This document shows, in pieces, positions 1-7,728 of a stretch of 34,820 bases of DNA. The position numbers and the translations under genes are program-made. The stretch spans positions 1 through 34,820 of the IMG/VR virus record IMGVR_UViG_3300010157_000145; one strand, 5' to 3'. The first letter of the stretch is position 1, and each line of letters begins with the position of its first letter. Below the pieces are notes generated by a model. That model had not been told where the DNA came from and ran no database searches. It was given only the letters and a program-made list of their open reading frames with translations. Source of the stretch: a virus. Its lineage: Duplodnaviria > Caudoviricetes.

Positions 1-1101
1 TCTTGGTTTCATTTGTTCTTTCTTTTTCGGTGGAACTGGAGCAACAGGAGCATGCGTTTTTACACCGCTGGCTTTACCATTTGGGAATGCTCTTTCAACA
101 TCAGAAGAATACATACCTTCTTCTAATTCTGCTTCTTCTTTTTGAGTTTTACGATATGACATCTTATCATTATGAATCGTGCTTTTCAAGTGATTATCTA
201 GATCCACCCTGCGTTTCTTTTCTTGTGCATATTCGGGAGTACCTTTATTTACGGATTTAGCACCAGTTTCAGTTGGAGTAAGTATTGAATTTGATGATTC
301 TCGACCACGGCGACCTTCTTCAAGTTCGGCTTCTTCTTTCATGCCCTTTTTTGCAGCATAGTAAGCAGCCAGTGCCATTTGACGACGCTTCTCTGAAGAT
401 TTACCAGCAAACTGTGGATTCTTAGATTTAATAAAGTCATCAATATAAGCACCTGCTCCCATAGATGGTTTCAATACTTCATCCACTTTTTCTGGCAACT
501 TGTCAGTTACTTTAAACTTATGGACAGAACCAGCTTTCTTAGGATCATAAGAGTCATGAGTTTGTTTCATGTGAACTTCAGTTGCACTTTTATGCATAAC
601 TTTACCATGGACTTTATCGCCAGTCTTTGGCTCATAGTAATCCATGTGTTCACCAGTCTTCATATTCTTTGCCATAGTTGGATGCATACAGCTGGCACAG
701 GCATAGTCGCGATGATTGGCTTCGTCAATCTGTTTAACTTCTTCAGCCATACCAAAGTGTTGTTTCTTCAACTTATCCTTCTCTGGATTGTATGCGTCAT
801 ATGTTTTATTCAAACTTTTATTTAAAGAAGAACGAGCAAGATCACGAGCACGATTCATACCAGACTTACTGGTAACAGCACCTTTAGATTTAGTATAAGG
901 TTTGTCAAATGGTGGCTCATCAGCAGTTTCGCTCACAACTTTTTTCTTTTTGTTGCGAAGAATAACAAAGTCTTGACCATCTAATTTACCATTATGGTTT
1001 TTGTCGAGGTTCTTCTGACCACCTTTTAGTTCTTCTTTAACATTGTCTTTTGGTTTATTTTCTTCCAATAAACGCTTATAAGTTTGATCCAAATTTTCCA
1101 T
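1..1101 (-). CDS. Partial (runs off window) modular Lys/Glu-rich protein, probable head-internal polyprotein with an EF-hand-like loop
   Basis: Not in ORF track. Hand translation from ATG at 1101 is open to position 1: MENLDQTYKRLLEENKPKDNVKEELKGGQKNLDKNHNGKLDGQDF...SKNPQFAGKSSEKRRQMALAAYYAAKKGMKEEAELEEG... It starts just after the dps stop and has GGGGA upstream. Confidence 0.75.
   Translation of the reverse strand, partial: MENLDQTYKRLLEENKPKDNVKEELKGGQKNLDKNHNGKLDGQDFVILRNKKKKVVSETADEPPFDKPYTKSKGAVTSKSGMNRARDLARSSLNKSLNKTYDAYNPEKDKLKKQHFGMAEEVKQIDEANHRDYACASCMHPTMAKNMKTGEHMDYYEPKTGDKVHGKVMHKSATEVHMKQTHDSYDPKKAGSVHKFKVTDKLPEKVDEVLKPSMGAGAYIDDFIKSKNPQFAGKSSEKRRQMALAAYYAAKKGMKEEAELEEGRRGRESSNSILTPTETGAKSVNKGTPEYAQEKKRRVDLDNHLKSTIHNDKMSYRKTQKEEAELEEGMYSSDVERAFPNGKASGVKTHAPVAPVPPKKKEQMKPR
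115..339 (-). repeat. Two 27-bp imperfect direct repeats (115-141 and 313-339), each encoding KEEAELEEG
   Basis: aaagaagaagcagaattagaagaaggt vs aaagaagaagccgaacttgaagaaggt on the minus strand. Confidence 0.8.
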
Positions 1102-1104
1102 CTA

Positions 1105-1560
1105 TTATTCCCCTGCTTTGTTTAGTGTAGATCTAAGCATCCAAGCATGTTTCTTGTGAGCCATCATACGATCTTGTAGATAATTTTGTAAACCGAATTC
1201 TTGCTGAGTTCCTGCTTCTTCGTATGCTCTCATCAAAGAGATAAGAACTAACTGATTGGCAGCAGCCAAGTCTTGTAACATACCATTGTTATCTGTTCCA
1301 ACAGTGATAACTTCATCAGGAACTGTTCTTGCTTTGTCTAATTCTAACAGGCTGTGAATAGCACGACCTTGAATTTGACGAATCTGCTCGGCAGTACTAT
1401 CTAGACTGGCATATACTTCTGTGTAGATATTCTCAAAGAAATCATGAAGCATAGGGAATAACTTACCCTCTACATTCCAATGGTAGCCATGAGATTTGAT
1501 ATACAAAACATGACTGTCTGCCAGAACAGTTTGCATTAGTCTAATTAAAGTAGTTTCCAT
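1105..1560 (-). CDS. dps: Dps / ferritin-like DNA-protection protein
   Basis: 151 aa with Dps signatures SHGYHWNVEG, LHDFFENIY, DSTAEQIR and C-terminal HKKHAWMLRS. Confidence 0.9.
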   Translation of the reverse strand: METTLIRLMQTVLADSHVLYIKSHGYHWNVEGKLFPMLHDFFENIYTEVYASLDSTAEQIRQIQGRAIHSLLELDKARTVPDEVITVGTDNNGMLQDLAAANQLVLISLMRAYEEAGTQQEFGLQNYLQDRMMAHKKHAWMLRSTLNKAGE

Positions 1561-1568
1561 AGGTATAT

Positions 1569-3800
1569 TTATGACTGATTATTAGTGTTAGAGAAAGCAT
1601 CAAATGGTGCTGTGTTGGAAATACTCAAAGTCTTATTATCTTTAATGTCTTTGTATTTCTTTTTAGTCTTGCCATCAGGATTCAATACCCATGCTTCATT
1701 TCTTTGCTTTTCCATTTTATCTAAGTGCTTTTGATACGCTGTTTCAGTGTCAATTTTTGATGGATCTTGAGGATCAGGTTTACCATTCATTCTGCTGGCA
1801 CCAAAATTAATTTTATGTGGGTGAGATTTACGATCTTTAAATACCCAGTTACCATCTTTATCCTGAACCTGAACCTTTTTGGTTTTAGTATCAGAGCTGT
1901 AGACATCTTCTTTGACAGCAGTTTTATTTTTTTGACGCTCCATTGATTTCTCATGATGCATATCTGCTTTATCAGCATGGGTTTGAGCGGATCGATGCTG
2001 ACCAAGTTCTTCATGATAACGACTCATATGATCATGATGATCTGCCATGTGAGTATGATATGTTTCATGATTATCTTTATTCTCATCAGCAGTTGCTTTA
2101 CGATCTTGAGCAAGCGCATAATATTTGTCTGCTAATCCACGACCTTCTTTTACATATTGGCCATGTTTCTTTAGGTCGTTATCAAACTGTTTGTTAGTTG
2201 CTTTGTTGATACCCTTAAAACGCTTATCACCTTTGACATAGTTGCCAGCTTTGTCAGCTGCCTTTGCCGATGCGCCAGCAGCTGTTTTATACTTGGCTAA
2301 AAGATCAGTTGACAATTCGTCAATCTGTTCAGCTTCTTCATTGGTAGGTTTCAATTCAACTGTTTTTTGTTTAGGTTTTACACCTTTGAACTTTACAAAC
2401 TTTTCTTCATGTGGTTTATCACCAGCATGATTAATTTTATCAACATTTGCAACTGGTCCAGTGCTAACTGCTTCTGGTAAATTATTTTGATTTTGAGTCT
2501 TTAATTTCTCTTCTTTATTTTTAAGAACAGACATTGGTTTACCTGAAGATGGCTCAGCAATTTCCACTGCTGGTTCTTTAGATCCAGATTTCTTCATAAA
2601 ATCTTTGTAACGCATGGCAAGTTTTTTAGAATCCATTACTTCAGATTCTTCTTTTACATTTACCTTTGAGATTGCGTCTTGTAAATCAGCATTATGTTTT
2701 GCCATAACATCATCGGTAGTAATTGCTTTATGATCATCCCAATAGTTGTGAGATTGATATTCGCCACAACGAGCCAATGCTTGCTTTGCTTTATTTTCTT
2801 CAGAAGTCCTATCCTTACCATCTACCATAGACATGTAAGAATCAGTGTGCTTGATTGCATTTAAAACAGCGACACCATCTTCAATACCACCTTGTTCCCA
2901 CTTAGAGATAGTTCCTTTGAATGCGTGGAAAACTCTTGGGTCTTTATTAAAATTGGCAGTTGTGTAGTTTTTAAAACAGATTTCGTTTGGATTTGTGTCA
3001 AGATTTTCTTCAATCTTTTTTCTTGATGGGGATACTTTGTCGATCCACTTTTTCATCAAGTTGCCTGACTCATTCACCACAGTGATGTAGTTGGCACCAC
3101 GATCCATAATTTCATAAACACCATCTTCATCTTTAACTCTGTCGCCGATATTAAAGATTTTACCAGCGACATATTGTTCACGAATCTTTGTGCGTTCAAA
3201 GATAACATTCTCGCGAATAGGATCAAGTCCCATTCCCTTACGTAGATCATTCATTAAACGACGAGAGTCTAATTCTGTGAGTGTATGTGGAACACCCTTT
3301 TTAAACTGTATAAAGTCACCTGTTTTGGCAGACTCACACATCTTGACATTTGAAACTACGGAAACTGAATTACTATCTGGATCTATATCACCAGCAGAGA
3401 TAACCTTAATGCTATCGAACTGATACATTGTTCCATTGTGTTCTTTTAACTGTTGCTCATACTCACCGACTTTATCGGCAAAGGTAACAACAGTAAGATG
3501 CTTATACTTCTTGCTTAATTCAGATGCCATCTCTACAATAGATGTAATTTCTTCAGATGACTTGAAGTTTCCTTCAGAGAACATACGCTGTAGGAAGTAC
3601 ACTTTTCTATCTGCTGGGAGTGGGTTTAGTTTCTTGTCTTCGTTTGCAGAAGCATAGATAACATGATCGCCGTTGTTGGCGATAGACTGAACTGCTTTAA
3701 CCAAATGTTCGTGACCAGCTGTAGGTGGTTGGAACTGCCCAAAAGCTGCAACGACTTTATTTGAAGGTAATTCTCTGATTAATTGCTTAAAGTTTTTCAT
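1569..3800 (-). CDS. Degenerate HIGH-motif nucleotidyltransferase (cytidyltransferase-like) domain fused to an SH3/KOW-like domain and a long modular tail
   Basis: N-terminus MKNFKQLIRE; FGQFQPPTAGH, KLNPL and AGDIDPDS parallel the adjacent 3846-4478 protein; REQYVAGKIFNIGD module; tail segmented by VKE/IDE/TNE motifs. Confidence 0.7.
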   Translation of the reverse strand: MKNFKQLIRELPSNKVVAAFGQFQPPTAGHEHLVKAVQSIANNGDHVIYASANEDKKLNPLPADRKVYFLQRMFSEGNFKSSEEITSIVEMASELSKKYKHLTVVTFADKVGEYEQQLKEHNGTMYQFDSIKVISAGDIDPDSNSVSVVSNVKMCESAKTGDFIQFKKGVPHTLTELDSRRLMNDLRKGMGLDPIRENVIFERTKIREQYVAGKIFNIGDRVKDEDGVYEIMDRGANYITVVNESGNLMKKWIDKVSPSRKKIEENLDTNPNEICFKNYTTANFNKDPRVFHAFKGTISKWEQGGIEDGVAVLNAIKHTDSYMSMVDGKDRTSEENKAKQALARCGEYQSHNYWDDHKAITTDDVMAKHNADLQDAISKVNVKEESEVMDSKKLAMRYKDFMKKSGSKEPAVEIAEPSSGKPMSVLKNKEEKLKTQNQNNLPEAVSTGPVANVDKINHAGDKPHEEKFVKFKGVKPKQKTVELKPTNEEAEQIDELSTDLLAKYKTAAGASAKAADKAGNYVKGDKRFKGINKATNKQFDNDLKKHGQYVKEGRGLADKYYALAQDRKATADENKDNHETYHTHMADHHDHMSRYHEELGQHRSAQTHADKADMHHEKSMERQKNKTAVKEDVYSSDTKTKKVQVQDKDGNWVFKDRKSHPHKINFGASRMNGKPDPQDPSKIDTETAYQKHLDKMEKQRNEAWVLNPDGKTKKKYKDIKDNKTLSISNTAPFDAFSNTNNQS

Positions 3801-3832
3801 CTTTTTCCATCTATAAAATAATATTACTAGTA

Positions 3833-3841
3833 TTATTTAGG
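3833..3841 (-). promoter_or_regulatory. Possible late promoter (CTAAATA variant of TATAAATA)
   Basis: tatttag on + strand ~35 nt upstream of the 3800 start, in an intergenic gap. Confidence 0.45.
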
Positions 3842-3845
3842 TCTT

Positions 3846-4478
3846 TTAATCTTTATGCCCCATACCTTTACGAACATCATTATACATAGCATCTTTATGT
3901 TTCGGTGTCATACCTGTTGGTGCACCAGCATGAAAAGATTTCTTATCTCCAGCGGCAGCGTGTTCTCGCATTTTACTGGCAGAGATACCACTTGTTCCTT
4001 CTGAATCTGGATCACGTTCGCCAGAGGAATGAACAGTTATAGACTTGAAGTTATAGTGACCATGGGCAGATTTTTGACCATTGTATTTGTGTAGGAGATT
4101 ATGCATTTCTTCATGGCGATCAGAGCCAGCAACTACATGAAGGTGTTCTGCGCCAGCAGCGTGTGCTTGAGCAGCATGGTGTAGAATAGTAGGTGCTTCT
4201 TTGCTGGCAGCTGTAATCTTAGTTCCTTTGAATGCATTGTTGGCATGCTTAACTTTCTGGGCAGCAGTCAATGGGTTCTTTTTAGCGTCTTGGCTGTGAG
4301 AAACTACAACATTGTGACTGGCACCATGCGTCTTAGCAACTTCATGAACTTTATTAACTACTGCCTGATGACCATGAGTAATTGGATTCATACGACCAAA
4401 TGCCATAACATGGTGTGCTGATTGTTTAGTTACTGAACCATCGTTGGCTTCTTTAATAAAGTTCTTGAAAGATAACAT
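3846..4478 (-). CDS. HIGH-motif nucleotidyltransferase (cytidyltransferase/NMN adenylyltransferase-like), His-rich
   Basis: FGRMNPITHGH (HIGH-like), KKNPLT, VAGSDR, GISASKMR (KMSKS-like); likely start MLSFKNFIKE at 4478 overlapping the upstream stop. Confidence 0.85.
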   Translation of the reverse strand: MLSFKNFIKEANDGSVTKQSAHHVMAFGRMNPITHGHQAVVNKVHEVAKTHGASHNVVVSHSQDAKKNPLTAAQKVKHANNAFKGTKITAASKEAPTILHHAAQAHAAGAEHLHVVAGSDRHEEMHNLLHKYNGQKSAHGHYNFKSITVHSSGERDPDSEGTSGISASKMREHAAAGDKKSFHAGAPTGMTPKHKDAMYNDVRKGMGHKD

Positions 4479-4897
4479 TAGCAATTCCACTTTCTTAGAG
4501 CCAGTGCTTTACGAGTTGGCTCACCATTTGGTTTCTTCATTGGACCTTCGACACCACCCATACGAGCACAGAAAGACTTACGACGATTTGCTGCTTTGCT
4601 TCCAGCCTTTAATTCTGAAGGTGGAGTTGTTACTGGTGCTTTTAGATGACCACCCTGAGCATTATAGTGGTCGCGACCTTTTTGCGTTAGACCACCAGTA
4701 GAAGATTTATAACCCTTAGCATCTACTGCTGCTTCATTAGTTTGAGATGCCTTGAAGTCAGCAGCAGATGGAGCACCTTTGCTACCTGGTTTACGCATCT
4801 TTTCGCCAGAACCATTTTTAATACGTTTTTGTTTAGCGTGAATGTTATCCCACAATCCACGTTCACCTTCTTCTAGATATGTTTTGAACGATAACAT
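4478..4897 (-). CDS. Basic two-module phage protein (DUF6321-like C-terminal part)
   Basis: Start MLSFKTYLEE at 4897 with GAGGA RBS; GGLTQKGRDHYN...RRKSFCARMGG...LALRKWNC recognised as a conserved phage domain. Confidence 0.7.
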   Translation of the reverse strand: MLSFKTYLEEGERGLWDNIHAKQKRIKNGSGEKMRKPGSKGAPSAADFKASQTNEAAVDAKGYKSSTGGLTQKGRDHYNAQGGHLKAPVTTPPSELKAGSKAANRRKSFCARMGGVEGPMKKPNGEPTRKALALRKWNC

Positions 4898-4898
4898 A

Positions 4899-5078
4899 TT
4901 ATTCCTCAATGATTGTTAATCTTTTTGGATTTGATTCTTCTTTCCACAACTGAACATTTGTTTCTACAAGTTCAGTTTTTTCTAAAGCATTATCTGAAGC
5001 AGCTTGTTTCGCTTCTTCAGGATGTTGTACTGCGTACTTCTCTAGTTCTTTCAATGCTGCTGCGATTAGGTCTGACAT
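4899..5078 (-). CDS. Small hypothetical protein (59 aa, MSDLIAAALKELEK...)
   Basis: ATG at 5078 with GAGGAATAAT RBS; fills the gap between tightly packed genes. Confidence 0.7.
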   Translation of the reverse strand: MSDLIAAALKELEKYAVQHPEEAKQAASDNALEKTELVETNVQLWKEESNPKRLTIIEE

Positions 5079-5079
5079 A

Positions 5080-6300
5080 TTATTCCTCTGTTTTAGGTTT
5101 GCGAGTCTTAAGCAAATTCTGCTTGGCAAACTCTGCACGATTAACTAATTTAGATGGTTCAGTCTTACCATTGTGTTCATGATTAATCACGAATCCTTCT
5201 GGCTTAGATTCTTTACCTTCGATATGATGTTCATATCCACTGTGACCAGTCTCTAGATGTTTAACTAGAGTGTTCTTTGCTTGAGCCAAGTGGTGGTGTT
5301 GATTTAACAAGTTCTCGTAATGTCCCTTGTTCTTTTCGATATGGGCAACTTGAGCATTACCTTCACCAGTGTGAACAGCCTTTGCTTTATCGGTTGAAAC
5401 TTTGGCAGCTTTCTTGTCATGAATTCCTTGGACATGTGCCTTGAAATCTTTTACATTTGGAACAGTGTCATTCCTAACAGTGTGATTAATATATGTTCCT
5501 AGATGACCTGTATCACCAGAGTGTTTAGGGTGAACAGCACTATACATTTTTGAACCATGTTCATCATGAATTGCTTTAGCAGCATTCATGTGTTTATGAA
5601 ATTCGTCTTGTGACTTTTGTGGATATTTAGCAGTCGATGTATTGAAACTGGCATCATGGTGGTGAACATCAGGGTGTTGACCGAACTCACTATGATTAAC
5701 TTCATGATGAGCAGACATTGAACCAATATCTTTACCATGATATTGAGTATGAACAGCGATACCAACTTTAGATTTGGCAGCTTTCTTGGCTTCGTCGCCA
5801 CTGGCTGTATAGGTAATTGTATTTGGAGTAAAAGAAGACTTGCCTGTTTTCTTATCATGAGAAACAGTTCCTTTGTCACCACCAGAGTGCATCAAGTCAC
5901 CTTGATATACTTTACCCTTTGGTGTAACTTTTGGTAGATGCTCAAGAGCAGCCTTAAGATGAGTAACCAATCCTGGAGCATGACCATGGTTCTTTTCAAT
6001 ATCTGCTGCAGTGTGATTAATTTTTGGATCTTTGTTGAACGCAGACTTGGTAGCCACGAAAAACTTTTTAGTCTTTGGGTGAGTACCAAAAACAACAGCT
6101 GGGGAACCATCATACTTTGTAGTCAGATTGCTATTGCTTGCTCCAGACTTCATATGCTCATGAGCATGAGTCAGTGCGCCATGAGCATGTTCGAAACCCT
6201 CATGACCATGGAACAGTGGACGATCCTCTGGATGAGTAATATGTTTGAGTTTAGAGCCTTCTTCGGCTTCTTCTTTCAGGAATGTTTGGAACGATTTCAT
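5080..6300 (-). CDS. DUF6267-like protein with ATP-dependent ligase/covalent nucleotidyltransferase motifs, His-rich
   Basis: Start MKSFQTFLKEE at 6300 (GAGGG RBS); TTKYDGSP (motif I KxDG), VYQGDLM, KPEGFVI (motif IV), SKLVNRAEF (motif V). Confidence 0.75.
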   Translation of the reverse strand: MKSFQTFLKEEAEEGSKLKHITHPEDRPLFHGHEGFEHAHGALTHAHEHMKSGASNSNLTTKYDGSPAVVFGTHPKTKKFFVATKSAFNKDPKINHTAADIEKNHGHAPGLVTHLKAALEHLPKVTPKGKVYQGDLMHSGGDKGTVSHDKKTGKSSFTPNTITYTASGDEAKKAAKSKVGIAVHTQYHGKDIGSMSAHHEVNHSEFGQHPDVHHHDASFNTSTAKYPQKSQDEFHKHMNAAKAIHDEHGSKMYSAVHPKHSGDTGHLGTYINHTVRNDTVPNVKDFKAHVQGIHDKKAAKVSTDKAKAVHTGEGNAQVAHIEKNKGHYENLLNQHHHLAQAKNTLVKHLETGHSGYEHHIEGKESKPEGFVINHEHNGKTEPSKLVNRAEFAKQNLLKTRKPKTEE

Positions 6301-6320
6301 TGGATACCCTCTTATTCTTA

Positions 6321-6356
6321 TATTTATATTATACCTGATTTGCAAATATATGTCAA
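6321..6356 (-). promoter_or_regulatory. Sigma70-type promoter TTGACA-17-TATAAT (6328-6356) overlapped by T4 late box TATAAATA (6321-6328)
   Basis: Exact consensus matches read directly from sequence. Confidence 0.85.
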
Positions 6357-6360
6357 GTAA

Positions 6361-6383
6361 TAACCCTACGACTGGTAGGGTTA
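6361..6383. repeat. 23-bp palindrome TAACCCTAC-GACTG-GTAGGGTTA (copy 1 of 3)
   Basis: Perfect 9-bp inverted repeat, related to copies at 25486 and 27771. Confidence 0.85.
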
Positions 6384-7694
6384 TCCATTTTCTATAATAA
6401 CGTACATACTAGCGTCTGCAACCAACTTTTTAGAAGAATAATAACAGTAGGTCATTAATTCTTTAAATTCTTTTGGTGTTTTTGGAGCGACCATTAGAGC
6501 ATACATATAGGAAATTAAATTAGCGAATCTATCTTTGGTCAATTTATTTCCACTATTATATTGTTTTTCCACTGCCTTAAAATCTGTCATTGTATTGGAG
6601 AATCTTCCATATCTTTCGATAATCTTCTTTAGTTCTTTCTTGGCAATATCATGGTCAGCCTTGGCCACTTCTTTACTCCCACGAACAGTGTAGGAATACT
6701 TAGTTGTCATATGGACAGGGAAAGTACTGGCATCAATGGCACCCAATTGGTAACCTGCGCCGACAAATCTACCTTCTAGGGAAACATTTAATGTGGTGGC
6801 AGATGCTTTAAATCCTGCTCGGATTGCGAACCCTGATTTAGTCTGCAGAATAAAATTGGCAAAGGTATCAGACAAGTCTACCTTCTCAAAGGAAACATCA
6901 TATTGCAATGGTTGGGAGAGCATTGTATTTACATCAATAACAGAGAACTTTCCCTTGTCAGTTGTAACTTGCTTCAGAGAGATTGGGTATACCAAACCTT
7001 TCTTATACGCTGCACCGATTGATTCATTTAATTCAGTGATAGTTGTGGCTTCAGTAAACTTCTTCATGTCGAATGTTTTCTTGATCATCCAAACATCGGC
7101 AGGATTCCAGTTGTCATTTGCCTTTTTAGATAACTTTCTACCAACTTCATACAGCTTGGCAGTTAGATTTTCTGCCTGTCGTTCGTAGTAGAATCCATTA
7201 CCCTTTACCATCGGCTTCAATACTTTTGCTTGTTTAACTGCAGACTCATAGTAAGTATGATCATACAGTTTCTTCTCACCAACAGTTAACTTCGCAAGAA
7301 TAGCATCTTCTTTTAGATATATTCCCTTTTCAATTACAGATTCAAACAACCACATACTAACTTTCTCTTTAATCTCAGTTAGTTGTCTTGTGTCTGCCTT
7401 GGCATTTGCGGTGAAATGATTGAATAGATTATTGATTGCGCCAGCAGAACCAGTGAATAAAACTATTTTACTCTTATCATCTTTAAGAAACAGTTTATCT
7501 TTTCCAGTTGTTGTGACAGAAATTTCTTTGTCTGGTTTGGTTTTACTTTTGGTAATTGAGAAGATTGACTCGTTGAGTTTGTACCCAGCCTTAGTCAATT
7601 GCGCAACTAGAGCAGCAGCTTTAATTTGTGTGCTGTCTTTAAGAACAACCTTGTGTCCTTCTCCGTAGGTGGAACTTCCAACAATAGATGCCAT
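6381..7694 (-). CDS. Putative PD-(D/E)xK-family endonuclease
   Basis: DNWNPADVWMI...VYPISLKQ motif typical of a conserved T4-like phage nuclease family; likely start MASIVGSS at 7694, downstream of an ACTAAATA box (7722-7729). Confidence 0.65.
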   Translation of the reverse strand: MASIVGSSTYGEGHKVVLKDSTQIKAAALVAQLTKAGYKLNESIFSITKSKTKPDKEISVTTTGKDKLFLKDDKSKIVLFTGSAGAINNLFNHFTANAKADTRQLTEIKEKVSMWLFESVIEKGIYLKEDAILAKLTVGEKKLYDHTYYESAVKQAKVLKPMVKGNGFYYERQAENLTAKLYEVGRKLSKKANDNWNPADVWMIKKTFDMKKFTEATTITELNESIGAAYKKGLVYPISLKQVTTDKGKFSVIDVNTMLSQPLQYDVSFEKVDLSDTFANFILQTKSGFAIRAGFKASATTLNVSLEGRFVGAGYQLGAIDASTFPVHMTTKYSYTVRGSKEVAKADHDIAKKELKKIIERYGRFSNTMTDFKAVEKQYNSGNKLTKDRFANLISYMYALMVAPKTPKEFKELMTYCYYSSKKLVADASMYVIIENG

Positions 7695-7728
7695 AGTGAT
7701 TAAATTATGCCTTAATAGCAATATTTAG

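Noticed and set aside
4895-5088. Repeated GAGGAATAATATG at two gene junctions
   Set aside because: Explained by RBS + stop + start coupling (upstream proteins end in EE)
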